Positions 1 through 14,517 are shown, counted from the first letter of the stretch. The stretch is 64,000 nucleotides of DNA from Eledone cirrhosa (GCA_964016885.1 OZ024742.1:2604001-2668000); one strand, 5' to 3'. The notes: generated by a model not told the origin, from the letters alone. Numbers and translations are program-made.

Positions 1-3000
1 TTACATCTCCAGTGTTAGAAGCTGAGATAAGGGGTGTTGCCTCAGTTCACTGGTAGTGAACAGCTAACACTGTAATACATCTCCAGTGTTGAAAGCAGAG
101 ATAAGGGATGTTGCCTCAGTTCACTGTTACTGAATAGCTAACACTGTAATACTTCTCCAGTGTTGAAAGCAGAGATAAGGGGTGTTACCTCTGTTGACTG
201 GTAGTGAACAGCTAACACTGTAATACATCTCCAGTGTTAAAAGCTGAGATAAGGGGTGTTACCTCAGTTTACTACCAGTGAACAGCTAACACTGTAATAC
301 ATCTCGAGTGTTAGAAGCTGAGATAAGGGGTATTACCTTAGTTCACTGGCAGTGAACAGCTAACACTAATACATCTATAGTGTTAGAAGCTGAGATAAGG
401 GGTGTTACCTCAGTTCACTGATGGTGAACAGATAACACTGTAATACATCTCCAGGGTTAGAAGCTGAGATAATGGGTGTTACCTTAGTTCACTGGTAGTG
501 AACAGTTAACACTGTAATACATATCCAGTGTTATAAGGTGAGATAAGGGGTGTTACCTCAGTTCACTGGCAGTGAACAGCTAACACTAATAAATCTATAG
601 TGTTAGAAGCTGAGATAAGGGGTGTTACTTCAGTTCACTGATAGTGAACAGCTAACACTGTAATACATCTCCAGGGTTAGAAGCTGAGATAATGGGTGTT
701 ACCTTAGTTCACTGGTAGTGAACAGGTAACGATGTAATACGTTTCCAGTGTTAGAGGCTGGGATAAGGGGTGTTACCTCAGTTCACTGATAGTGAACAGC
801 TAACACTGTAATACATCTCGAGTGTTAGAAGCTGAGATAAGGGGTGTTACCTCAGTCAACTGGTAGTGAACAGCTAACACTGTAATTCATCTCCAGTGTT
901 AGAAGCTGAGATAAGGGGTTTACCTCAGTTCACTGGTATTGAAGAGCTAACACTGTAATACATCTCCAGTGTTAGAAGCTGAGATAAGGGGTGTTACCTC
1001 AGTTCACTGATAGTGAACAGCTAACACTGTAATACATCTCGAGTGTTAGAAGCTTAGATAAGGGGTGTTACCTCAGTTAACTGGTAGTGAACAGGTAACA
1101 ATGTAATACATTTCCAGTGTTAGAGGCTGGGATAAGGGGTGTTACCTCAGTTCACTGATAGTGAACAGCTAACACTGTAATACATCTCCAGTGTTAGATG
1201 CTGAGATAAGGGGTGTTACCTCAGTTTACTGGTAGTGAACAACTAACACTGTAATACATCTCGAGTGTTAGAAGCTTAGATAAGGGGTGTTAACTCAGTT
1301 CACTACCAGTGAACAGGTAACAATGTAATACATTTCCAGTGTTAGAGGCTGGGATAAGGGGTGTTACCTCAGTTCACTGATAGTAAACAGTTAACACTGT
1401 AATACATCTCCAGTGTTAGAAGCTGATATAAGGGGTGTTACCTTAGATAACTGGTAGTGAACATTTAACACTGCATTACATCTCAAGTGTTAGAAGCTGA
1501 GATAAGGGGTGTTACCTTAGTTCACTGGTATTGAACAGTTAACATTGTAATACATCTCCAGTGTTAGAAGCTGAGATAAGGGGTGTTACCTTAGTTCACT
1601 GGTAGTGAACAGCTAACACTGTAATACATCTCCAGGGTTAGAAGCTGAGATAAGGGGTGTTACCTCAGTTAACTGGTAGTGAACAGCTAACACTATAATA
1701 CGTCTCCAGTGTTAGAAGCTGAGATAAGGGGTGTTACCTCACTTCACTGGTAGTGGGCAGGTAACACTGTAACACATCTCCAGTGTTAGAAGCTGAGATA
1801 CGTGGTGTTACCTCAGTTCACTGCTAGTGAAAGGCTAGCACTGTAATACATCTCCAGTCTGAGAAGCAGAGATAAGGGGTATTACCTCAGCACACTCTTA
1901 GTGAACAGCTAACACTGTGATACATCTCCAGTGTTAAAAGCTGAGATAATGGGTGTTACCTCAGTTAACTGATAGTGAACAGTTAACACTGTAATATTTC
2001 TCCAGTGTTGAAAGCTGAGATAAGGGGTGTTACTTCAGTTCACTGCTAGTGAAAGGCTAGCACTAATACAACTCCAGTGTTAGAAGCTGAGATAAGGGGT
2101 GTTACCTTAGTTCTCTGGTAGTGAACAGTTAACACTGCATTACATCTCCAGTGTTAGAAGCTGAGATAAGGGGTGTTACCTCAGTTCACTGTTAGTGAAC
2201 AGCTAACACTAATACATATGCAGTGTTAGAAGCTGAGATAAGGGGTCTTACTTCAGTTCACTGGTAGTGAACAGTTAACACTGTAATACATCTCCAGGGT
2301 TAGAAGCTGAGATAAGGGGTGTTACCTTAGTTCACTGGTAGTGAACAGTTAACATTGTAATACATCTCCAGTGCTAGAAGCTGAGATAAGGGGTGTTACC
2401 TTAGTTCACTGGTAGTGAACAGCTAACACTGTAATACATCTCCAGTGTTAGAAGCTGAGATAAGGGGTGTTACCTCAGTTCACTGGTAGTGAACAGCTAA
2501 CACTGTAATACATCTCCAGTGTTAGAAGCTGAGATAAGGGGTGTTACCTCAGCTCACTGTTAGTGAACAGCTAACGCTGTATTACATCTCCAGTGTTAGA
2601 AGCTGAGATAAGGGGTATTACCTCAGTTCGCTGGTAGTAAACAACTAACACTGTAATACTTCTCCAGTGTTAGAAGAATAGATATTTGGTGTTACCTCAG
2701 CACACTGTTAGTGAACAGCTAACACTGTAATACATCTCCAGTGTTAGAAGCTGAGATAAGGGGTGTTACCTCAGTTCACTGGTAGTGAACATCTAACACT
2801 GTAATACATCTCCATTGTTAGAAGCTGAGATAAGTGGTGTTACCTCAGTTCACTGGTATTGAACAGCTAACACTGTGATACTTCTCCACTGTTAGAAGCT
2901 GAGATAAGGGGTGTTGCCTCAGTTAACTGGCAGTGAACAGCTAACACTGTAATATATCTCCAGTGTGAGAAGCTGAGATAAGGGGAGTTACCTCAGTTCA

Positions 3001-6000
3001 CTGGTAGTGAGCAGGTAACACTGTAATACATCTCCAGTGTTAGAAGCTGAGATAAGGGGTGTTACCTCAGTTAACTGGTAGTGAACAGTTAACACTGTAA
3101 TACATCTCCAGTGTTAAAAGCTGACATAAGGAGTGTTACCTCAGTTCACTGGTAGTGAACAGCTAGCACTAATACAACTCCAGTGTTAGAAGCTGAGATA
3201 AGGGGTGTTACCTCGGTTCATAAACCAGCGAACAGCTAACACTATAATACGTCTCCAGTGTTAGAAGCTGAGATAATGGGTGTTACCTCACTTCACTGGT
3301 AGTGAGCAGGTAACACTGTAATACATCTCCAGTGTGAGAAGCTGAGATAAGGGGTGTTACCTCAGTTCACTGGTAGTGAACAGCTAACACTGTGATACAT
3401 CTCCAGTGTTAAAAGCTGAGATAATGGGTGTTACCTCAGTTAAATGGTAGGGAACAGTTAACACTGTAATATTTCTCCAGTGTTGAAAGCTGAGGTAAGG
3501 GGTGTTACCTCAGTTCATAAACCAAAGAACAACTAACAATGTAATACATCTCCAGTGTTAGAAGCTGAGATAAGGTGTGTTACATTAGTTCACTGGTAGT
3601 GAACATCTAACACTGTAATACATCTCAAGTGTTAGAAGCTGAGATAAGGGGTGTTACCTCAGTTCACTGTTAGTGAACAGCTAACACTGTAATATATCTC
3701 CAGTGTTAGAAGCTCAGATACGGGGTGTTACCTCAGTTCAATGTTAGTGAACAGCTAACACTGTAATACATCTCCAGGGTATGAAGCCGGGATAATGGGT
3801 GTTACCTCAGTTAACTGGTAGTGAACAGTTAACACTGTAATATTTCTCAAGTGTTGAAAGCTGAGATAAGGGGTGTTACTTCAGTTCACTGGTAGTGAAC
3901 AGCTAGCACTAATACATCTCCAGTGTTAGAAGCTGAGATAAGGGGTGTTACCTCAGTTCATAAACCAGCGAACAACTAACACAGTAATACATCTCCAGTG
4001 TGAGAAACTGATATAAGTGGTGTTACCTCAGTTCACCGGTAGTGAACAGCTAGCTCTAATACAACTCCAGTGTTAGAAGATGAGATAGGGGGTGTTACCT
4101 CAATTCACTTGTAGTTAACAGCTAGCATTAATACAACTCCAGTGTTAGAAGCTGAGATAAGGGGTGGTACCTTAGTTCACTGGTAGTGAACAGCTAACAC
4201 TGTAATACATCTGCAGTGTTAGAAGCTGAGATAAGGGGTGTTACCTCAGTTCATAAACCCACGAACAACTAACACTGTAACACATCTCCAGTGTTAGAAG
4301 CTGAGATAAGGGGTGTTACCTTAGTTCACTGGTAGTGAACAACTAACACTGTAATACTTCTCCAGTGTTAGAAGCTGCGATAAGGGGTGTTACCTCACTT
4401 CACTGGTAGTGAACAGCTAACACTGTAATACATCTCCAGTGTTAGAAACTGAGATAAGGGGTGTTACCTTAGTTCACTGGTAGTGAACAGCTAACACTGT
4501 AATACATCTCCAGGCTTAGAGTCTGAGATAAGGGGTGTTACCTCAGTTCACTGTTAGTGAACAGCTAACACTGTAATACATCTCCAGGGTTAGAGGCTGA
4601 GATAAGGGGTGTTACCTTAGTTCACTTGTAGTGAACAGTTAACACTGTAATACATCTCCAGTGTTAGAAGCTGAAATAAGGGGTGTTACCTCAGTTCACT
4701 GTTAGTGAACAGCTAACACTGTATTACATCTCCAGGGTTAGAGGCTGAGATAAGGGGTGTTACCTCAGTTCACTGTTAGTGAACAGTTAACACTGTAATA
4801 TTTCTCCAGTGTTGAAAGCTGAGATAAGGGGGTGTTACTTAAGTTCACTGGTAGTGAAGAGCTAGCACTAATACAACTCCAGTGTTAGAAGCTGAGATAA
4901 GGGGTGTTACCTCAGTTCACTCGTAGTGAACAGCTAGCACCAATACAACTCCAGTGTTAGAAGCTGAGATAAGGGGTGTCACCTCAGTTCACTGGTAGTG
5001 AACAGCTAACACTGTAATACCTATCCAGTGTTAGAAGCTGAGATAAGGGGTGTTACCTCAGTTCATAAACCAGCGAACAACTAACACAGTAATACATCTC
5101 CAGTGTTAGAAGCTGAGATAAGGGGTTTTACCTCAGTTCACTGGTAGTGAACAGTTAACACTGTAATACATGTCACCGGTTAGAAGCTGTGATAAGGGGT
5201 GTTACCTTAGTTCACTGGTAATGAACAGTTAACGCTTTAATACATCTCCAGTGTTAGAAGCTGAGATAAGGGGTGTTACCTTAGTTCACTGGTAGTGAAC
5301 AGCTAACACTGTAATACATCTCCAGTGTTAAAAGCTGAGATAAGAGGTGTTTCCTCAGTTCACTGTTAGTGAACAGCTAACACTGTAATACATCTCCAGT
5401 ATTAGAAGCTCAGATAAGAGGTGTTACCTCAGTTCACTGTTAGTGAACAGCTAACACTTTAATACATCTCCAGTATTAGAAGCTCAGATAAGAGGTGTTA
5501 CCTCAGTTCACTGTTAGTGAACAGCTAACACTGTAAGACATCTCCAGTGTTAGAAGCTAAGATAAGGGGTGTTACCTCAGTTCACTGGTAGTGAACAGCT
5601 AACACTGTAATACTTCTCAAGTGTTAGAAGCTGAGATAAGGGGTGTTGCGTCAGTTCACTGGTAGTGAACATCTAACACTGTATTACATCTCCTGTGTTA
5701 GAAGCTGATATAAGGGGTGTTACCTCAGTTCACTGGTAGTGAACAGCTAACACTGTAATACATCTCCAGTGTTAGAAGCTTAGATAAGGGGTGTTAGCTC
5801 AGTTCACTGTTAGTGAACAGCTAAAACTGTAATACATCTCCAGTGTTAGAAGCTGAGATACGGGGTGTTACCTCAGTTCACTGGTAGTGAACAGCTAGCA
5901 CTGAAATACATCTCGAGTGTTAGGAGCTGAGATAAGGGGTGTTACCTCAGTTCACTGGTAATGAAGAGCTAACACTGTAATACATCTCCATTGTTAGAAG

Positions 6001-9000
6001 CTGAGATAAGGGATGTTGCCTCAGTTCACTGGTAGTGAACAGCTAACACTGTAATACTTCTCCAGTGTTGAAAGCAGAGATAAGGAGTGTTACCTCAGTT
6101 CACCGGTAGTGAACAGATAACACTGTAATACTTCTCCAGTGTTGAAAGCTGAGATAAGGAGTGTTATCTCAGTTCACTGGTAGTGAACAGCTAACACTGT
6201 AATAATTCTCCAGTGTTAGAAGCTGAGATAAGGCGTGTTACCTCAGTTCATTACCAGTGAACAGGTAACACTGTAATACATTTCCAGTGTTAGAGGCTGG
6301 GATAAGGGGTGTTACATAAGTTCACTGGTAGTGAACAGTTAACACTGTAATACTTCTCCAGTGTTGAAAGCTGATATAAGCGGTGTTATCTCAGCTCACT
6401 GGTAGTAAAGTGCTAACACTGTAATAGATCTCCAGTGTTAGAAGCTGAGATAAGGGATGTTACTTCAGTTCACTCGTAGTGAACAGCTAACACTAATACA
6501 TCTCCAGTGTTAGAAGCTGAGATAAGGGGTGCTACCTCTGTTGACTGGTAGTGAACAGCTAACACTGTAATACATCTCCAGTGTTAAAAGCTGAGATAAG
6601 GGGTGTTACCTCAGTTTACTACCAGTGAACAGCTAACACTGTAATACATCTCGAGTGTTAGAAGCTGAGATAAGGGGTATTACCTTAGTTCACTGGCAGT
6701 GAACAGCTAACACTAATACATCTATAGTGTTAGAAGCTGAGATAAGGGGTGTTACCTCAGTTCACTGATGGTGAACAGCTAACACTGTAATACATCTCCA
6801 GTATTAGAAGCTGAGATAAGGGGTGTTACCTCAGTTCACTGATAGTGAACAGTTAACACTGTAATACATCTCCAGGGTTAGAAGCTGAGATAATGGGTGT
6901 TACCTTAGTTCACTGGTAGTGAACAGTTAACACTGTAATACATATCCAGTGTTAGAAGCTCAGATAAGAGGTGTTACCTCAGTTCACTGGCAGTGAACAG
7001 CTAACACTAATACATCTATAGTGTTAGAAGCTGAGATAAGGGGTGTTACTTCAGTTCACTGATAGTGAACAGCTAACACTGTAATACATCTCCAGGGTTA
7101 GAAGCTGAGATAATGGGTGTTACCTTAGTTCACTGGTAGTGAACAGGTAACAATGTAATACATTTCCAGTGTTAGAGGCTGGGATAAGGGGTGTTACCTC
7201 AGTTCACTGATAGTGAACAGCTAACACTGTAATACATCTCCTGTGTTAGAAGCTGAGATAAGGGGTGTTACCTCAGTCAACTGGTAGTGAACAGCTAACA
7301 CTGTAATACATCTCGAGTGTTAGAAGCTGAGATAAGGGGTTTTACCTCAGTTCACTGGTATTGAAGTGCTAACACTGTAATACATCTCCAGTGTTAGAAG
7401 CTGAGATAAGGGGTGTTACCTCAGTTCACTGATAGTGAACAGCTAACACTGTAATACATCTCCAGTGTTAGATGCTGAGATATTGCTGTTATCTCAGTTT
7501 ACTGGTAGTGAACAACTAACACTGTAATACATCTCGAGTGTTAGAAGCTTAGATAAGGGGTGTTAACTCAGTTCACTACCAGTGAACAGGTAACAATGTA
7601 ATACATTTCCAGTGTTAGAGGCTGGGATAAGGGGTGTTACCTCAGTTCACTGATAGTGAACAGCTAACACTGTAATACATCTCCAGGGTTAGAAGCTGAG
7701 ATAAGGGGTGTTACCTGAGGTAACTGGTAGTGATCAGCTAACACTGTAATACATCTCCAGTGTTAGAAGCTCAGATAAGGGGTGTTAGCTCAGTTCACTG
7801 TTAGTGAACAGCTAAAACTGTAATACATCTGCAGTGTTAGAAGCTGAGATAAGGGGTGTTACCTCAGTTCACTGGTAGTGAACAGCTAACACTGTAATAC
7901 ATCTCCAGTGTTAGAAGCTGAGATAATGGGTGTTACCTTAGTTCACTGGTAGTGAACAGGTAACAATGTAATACATTTCCAGTGCTAGAGGCTGGGATAA
8001 GGGGTGTTACCTCAGTTCACTGATAGTGAACAGCTAACACTGTAATACATCTCGAGTGTTAGAAGCTGAGATAAGGGGTGTTACCTCAGTCAACTGGTAG
8101 TGAACAGCTAACACTGTAATACATCTCGAGTGTTAGAAGCTGAGATAAGGGGTTTTACCTCAGTTCACTGGTATTGAAGTGCTAACACTGTAATACATCT
8201 CCTGTGTTAGAAGCTGAGATAAGGAGTGTTACCTCAGTTCACTGGTAGTGAACAGCTAACACTGTAATACTTCTCCAGTGTTGAAAGCTGAGATAAGGAG
8301 TGTTATCTCAGTTCACTGGTAGTGAACAGCTAACACTGTAATAATTCTCCAGTGTTAGAAGCTGAGATAAGGCGTGTTACCTCAGTTCATTACCAGTGAA
8401 CAGGTAACACTGTAATACATTTCCAGTGTTTGAGGCTGGGATAAGGGGTGTTACATCAGTTCACTGGTAGTGAACAGTTAACACTGTAATACTTCTCCAG
8501 TGTTGAAAGCTGATATAAGCGGTGTTATCTCAGCTCACTGGTAGTAAAGTGCTAACACTGTAATAGATCTCCAGTGTTAGAAGCTGAGATAAGGGATGTT
8601 ACTTCAGTTCACTCGTAGTGAACAGCTAACACTAATACATCTCCAGTGTTAGAAGCTGAAATAAGGGGTGCTACCTCTGTTGACTGGTAGTGAACAGCTA
8701 ACACTGTAATACATCTCCAGTGTTAAAAGCTGAGATAAGGGGTGTTACCTCAGTTTACTACCAGTGAACAGCTAACACTGTAATACATCTCGAGTGTTAG
8801 AAGCTGAGATAAGGGGTATTACCTTAGTTCACTGGCAGTGAACAGCTAACACTAATACATCTATAGTGTTAGAAGCTGAGATAAGGGGTGTTACCTCAGT
8901 TCACTGATGGTGAACAGCTAACACTGTAATACATCTCCAGTATTAGAAGCTGAGATAAGGGGTGTTACCTCAGTTCACTGATAGTGAACAGTTAACACTG

Positions 9001-11171
9001 TAATACATCTCCAGGGTTAGAAGCTGAGATAATGGGTGTTACCTTAGTTCACTGGTAGTGAACAGTTAACACTGTAATACATATCCAGTGTTATACGATG
9101 AGATAAGGGGTGTTACCTCAGTTCACTGGCAGTGAACAGCTAACACTAATACATCTATAGTGTTAGAAGCTGAGATAAGGGGTGTTACTTCAGTTCACTG
9201 ATAGTGAACAGCTAACACTGTAATACATCTCCAGGGTTAGAAGCTGAGATAATGGGTGTTACCTTAGTTCACTGGTAGTGAACAGGTAACAATGTAATAC
9301 ATTTCCAGTGTTAGAGGCTGGGATAAGGGGTGTTACCTCAGTTCACTGATAGTGAACAGCTAACACTGTAATACATCTCCTGTGTTAGAAGCTGAGATAA
9401 GGGGTGTTACCTCAGTCAACTGGTAGTGAACAGCTAACACTGTAATACATCTCGAGTGTTAGAAGCTGAGATAAGGGGTTTTACCTCAGTTCACTGGTAT
9501 TGAAGTGCTAACACTGTAATACATCTCCAGTGTTAGAAGCTGAGATAAGGAGTGTTACCTCAGTTCACTGATAGTGAACAGCTAACACTGTAATACATCT
9601 CCAGTGTTAGATGCTGAGATAAGGGCTGTTATCTCAGTTTACTGGTAGTGAACAACTAACACTGTAATACATCTCGAGTGTTAGAAGCTTAGATAAGGGG
9701 TGTTAACTCAGTTCACTACCAGTGAACAGGTAACAATGTAATACATTTCCAGTGTTAGAGGCTGGGATAAGGGGTGTTACCTCAGTTCACTGATAGTGAA
9801 CAGCTAACACTGTAATACATCTCCAGGGTTAGAAGCTGAGATAAGGGGTGTTACCTGAGGTAACTGGTAGTGAACAGCTAACACTGTAATACATCTCCAG
9901 TGTTAGAAGCTCAGATAAGGGGTGTTAGCTCAGTTCACTGTTAGTGAACAGCTAAAACTGTAATACATCTCCAGTGTTAGAAGCTGAGATAAGGGGTGTT
10001 ACCTCAGTTCACTGGTAGTGAACAGCTAACACTGTAATACATCTCCAGTGTTAGAAGCTGAGATAATGGGTGTTACCTTAGTTCACTGGTAGTGAACAGG
10101 TAACAATGTAATACATTTCCAGTGCTAGAGGCTGGGATAAGGGGTGTTACCTCAGTTCACTGATAGTGAACAGCTAACACTGTAATACATCTCGAGTGTT
10201 AGAAGCTGAGATAAGGGGTGTTACCTCAGTCAACTGGTAGTGAACAGCTAACACTGTAATACATCTCGAGTGTTAGAAGCTGAGATAAGGGGTTTTACCT
10301 CAGTTCACTGGTATTGAAGTGCTAACACTGTAATACATCTCCTGTGTTAGAAGCTGAGATAAGGGGTGTTACCTTATTTCACTACCAGTGAAAAGGTAAC
10401 ACGGTAATACATCTCCAGTTTTAGAAGCTGAGATAAGGGGTGTTACCTCAGGAACTGGTAGTGAACAACTAACATTGTGATACATCTCCACTTTTAGAAG
10501 CTGAGATAAGGGGTGTTACCTTAGTTCACCGGTAGTAAACAACTAACACTGTAATACATCTCTAGTGTTAGAAGCTGAGATAAGGGGTGTTAACTCAGTT
10601 CACTACCATTGAACAGGTAACAATGTAATACATTTCCATTGTTAGAGGCTGGGATAAGGGGTGTTACCTCAGTTCACTGATAGTAAACAGATAACACTGT
10701 AATACATCTCCTGTGTTAGAAGCTGAGATAAGGGGTGTTACCCCAGTTCACTGGTATTGAACAGCTAACACTGTAATACATCTCCAGTGTTTGCCGCTGA
10801 GATAAGGGGTGTGACCTCAGTTCACTGGTATTGAACAGCTAACACTGTAATACATCTCCAGTGTTTGCCGCTGAGATAAGGGGTGTGACCTCAGTTCACT
10901 ACCAGTGAACAGCTAACACTGTAATACATCTCCAGTGTTAGAAGCTGAGATAAGGGGTGTTACCTCAGTTCACTGGTAGTGAACAGCTAACACTGTAATA
11001 CATCTCCAGTGTTAGAAGCTGAGATAAGGGGTGTTAACTCATTTCACTACTATTGAACAGCTAACACTGTAATACATCTCCAGTGTTAGAAGCTGAGATA
11101 AGGGGTGTTACCTCAGTTCACTGGTAGTGAACTGCTACCACTGCATTACATCTCCAGTGCTACAAGCTGAG
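1..11171. repeat. 74-bp tandem satellite, ~150 units, runs off the left window edge
   Basis: Consensus TACATCTCCAGTGTTAGAAGCTGAGATAAGGGGTGTTACCTCAGTTCACTGGTAGTGAACAGCTAACACTGTAA; units start at 2 and 76; some 72-bp variants (CACTAATAC); abrupt end near 11171; no ORF in the track. Confidence 0.98.
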
Positions 11172-12122
11172 CGAAGAAACAATAATAAACGTAAAGAAAT
11201 GAAGTTTAGCTTATTTTGTCTTTTTCAGACTGTTTGAAGTATTCCATATTTCCTTCTTGATTGTGTTTTTATCTCTTGCAAACTTTAATCCCATTTGTCA
11301 TTATAAAGTTAGCTTACCATTGTTATCTTACATTCACCATCTTAATATTATTATTAATAGTAGTAGTAGCAGTGTTTTCATATCATGAGACAATATATAA
11401 AGCTGAAAATATAAAGAATGAAGATTTTCTTTCCTCACTTTACAATATTTAGTTAAAGTTCCATTTATTCCAACCATTTCAGCAATAAAAATATATTAAT
11501 GGGATTCTTTGACCAGAGTGTTAATCTCTGAAAATTATATCACGAAACTACAACGGAATTGGTTCAAGATATTTTCTAATGAAGTAGCACGTGTCAGTAT
11601 ATACATTAGATAATTCATAAACGTTTTATAAATATCTCTGAATAAAATACGATTATTAAGATAATAAGATTATTGAAATAATTCTTAACAAACAATATAT
11701 ATAATAAATATTTGTAAATGGATATTGAAAATTGTTTTTTCGAAAATGTTTGAATGTTATACCAGGTATATAGTGAACATTTTCCGCAATCAACTGACTA
11801 TAAGATTGCCATAATTCACTGCAATCTTGTATTTTACTGTTGTTAGGTTTGTGTTAATGTAAAACAGATTATGTAGCGTCTAGTGATTGATTAGACACTT
11901 AATATATGACAAAAACAATCTCCGAGCATCAAAACGAAATATTCTCAACGAAGATTTGTAAAGATCAAACTAGTCGCAAATAAAACCAACTTGCAATATT
12001 TACTTCAAATATATTTGAAGATTTTTGTACTGTGTATCACTTCATAATAATTAAACCACCGAGGTCGACAGCTTTGCATTGAGGTTTTTCGATATATATA
12101 TAAATAAAATATATAACCCACA

Positions 12123-12162
<40 letters not shown>

Positions 12163-12168
<6 letters not shown>

Positions 12169-12858
12169 ACGAATAAACGGTTCAGTACTATACGAATACG
12201 CCAGACAACAATATCACGGTAACATAGACAACATAGAAATTAAAATAATATCTAAACATAGAAATGACCCAACAGGTAAGCAAATCAGAGAGGCAAGCGA
12301 AATAGTGCTTAGAAGGCCAAAGCTAAACAGAAAAAGGGAATGGAATAACAACAACACCCAAACAAACAATACTGACTTAAGAGAAATATAAATAAATAAA
12401 TAAATAAATATATACACAAGCACAATAACAACAAACACATAAACACACACTAGTAAACTAAGATAGAATACAATAACCAAAACACAGTCACCCAAACGCG
12501 AACACACACCAAACACTATACAGACACGCAAACGCATGCGCAGAGAAGACAAACATAAATAAATAAATAAACAGATAAAATAAAAATGGCGTAGACATAC
12601 AATACAACAGGAGGTACCACTGATGATGTTGCAGATGTGCAATGAAAGAACTTTTTTAGACTATATATATGTGTTTATATCTATATTATATCTGTATTTT
12701 TGACCGTTGGTCAGTCAATGATAAACATTGAGGACCAAATGAATTAACTGTGGAAATATAAAAGATACAGAAGCGAAAACCAACCAAACAGTGAATGTGT
12801 TCTGTTATTATTTCTGGCAATATTATTACGACAATATGACCCTCCTCAAGTATAACAA
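12163..12858 (+). mobile_element. 3' remnant of a Penelope-like element (GIY-YIG C-terminus plus tail)
   Basis: Translates SVLYEYARQQYHGNIDNIEIKIISKHRNDPTGKQIREASEIVLRRPKLNRKREWNN, homologous to ORF 16555..16824; degenerate HHR core CTGATGA (12620) / GAAA (12644); ends AAGTATAACAA then (TA)n, like the 16161-17575 element. Confidence 0.85.
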
Positions 12859-12865
12859 TATATAT

Positions 12866-13200
12866 ATAAAGAAGAAATTAAAATATGGTTAAAAATAAGG
12901 TAACATCATATGAGGCATAATAGCACTTGTTTACAGGAAAGTGCTAAGTCTACATACGACAGAAATATATGTTACCTTATTTTATCTGATGAGAACACAA
13001 TTTTTGTCCCAGGATGATTTTGTATTCGAAATGCGCATAATATGGAACTCTTTTATAAAATAATAAAATATATGGAACTCTTTTAACCATCTTTTAATTT
13101 CTTCTTTATTATATATATAACCAGTTCTACCAACTGTTGAGTGCTTCTTATCTGATATTGGCATAGTTTTATTGTTCTACAATATTAGTCACCTTCTACT
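12866..13200 (+). mobile_element. Short PLE-tail insertion with inverted segment and hammerhead
   Basis: 12866-12895 is the reverse complement of ~13081-13110; flanked by (TA)n; 13087-13199 is repeated directly at 13315-13424. Confidence 0.6.
12978..13046 (+). ncRNA. Type I hammerhead ribozyme (weak stem I)
   Basis: CTGATGA 12986-12992; stem II GAACACAA...TTGTATTC; GAAA 13028; AT-GCGC-AT then A (AUA site). Confidence 0.65.
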
Positions 13201-13422
13201 TATATATATATATATATATATATATGGGAAAATGTTACCCACTCTACTACCCTAAGTATTGAGTACTCTGGTGCGTTATGGTCCACCTGGTTCCTTACCA
13301 CACTTCCTTCGTTACCATCTTTTAATTTCTTCTTTATTATATATACTCCAGTTCTACCAACTGTTGAGTGCTACTTATCTGATATTGGCATAGTTTATTT
13401 TCTACAATATTACTCACATTCT

Positions 13423-13466
<44 letters not shown>

Positions 13467-13469
<3 letters not shown>

Positions 13470-13584
13470 AACAAGTAAGACCCCGACGGCAGAGCTCAAG
13501 CCGTTTCGACGGCTATTTCTGGACTGTATTGAGTACTTTGGTGCGTTATGGTCCATCTGGTGGTTCCTTACCACAATTCCTTTG

Positions 13585-13585
<1 letters not shown>
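13467..13585. mobile_element. Short fold-back family F1 copy (GACCCCGACGGC-GAGCTCAAGCCGTTTCGACGGC)
   Basis: Same sequence family at 13225-13315, 14083-14276, 18729-18903, 19373-19478 and 27772-27966, all abutting (TA)n. Confidence 0.85.
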
Positions 13586-13642
<57 letters not shown>

Positions 13643-13909
13643 GGTTATGCACGAGTGCATTAATGTTTTCCAGGACACAGTGTTATGTACCGTGTAGTGG
13701 AATGTCAGCTTACAACAGAGTGGTGCTCAACGAAATGCAGAAAAAAGATGTATATTCCAGTTTAGCTATATTCCGGGGCGTGTATAAAGAATTAAAAAGA
13801 ACAGAAAGATGCAGTAAATGAGATTTATTCGGTTCTTACGTACGTTTCAATAGACATCAATTTGCCTAGATCTCGCTACATCTATAATATTATATATTTA
13901 TTAATTCTT

Positions 13910-13941
<32 letters not shown>

Positions 13942-13945
13942 ATAT

Positions 13946-14276
<331 letters not shown>

Positions 14277-14299
14277 ATATATATATATATAATATATAT

Positions 14300-14354
<55 letters not shown>

Positions 14355-14362
14355 ATATATAT

Positions 14363-14407
<45 letters not shown>

Positions 14408-14408
14408 T

Positions 14409-14440
<32 letters not shown>

Positions 14441-14517
14441 ATATATATATATAATATATATATATATAATATATATATATATAATATATATAATATATAT
14501 ATATATATATATAATAT

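Noticed and set aside
1-11171. Satellite as CRISPR array, tRNA array or hammerhead satellite
   Set aside because: No unique spacers; no A/B boxes or cloverleaf; no CUGANGA plus GAAA-stem-NUH arrangement on either strand.
11205-11452. Splice-acceptor-like TTTTTCAG and a 63-aa ORF after the satellite
   Set aside because: No recognisable domain or consistent exon; AT-rich background.
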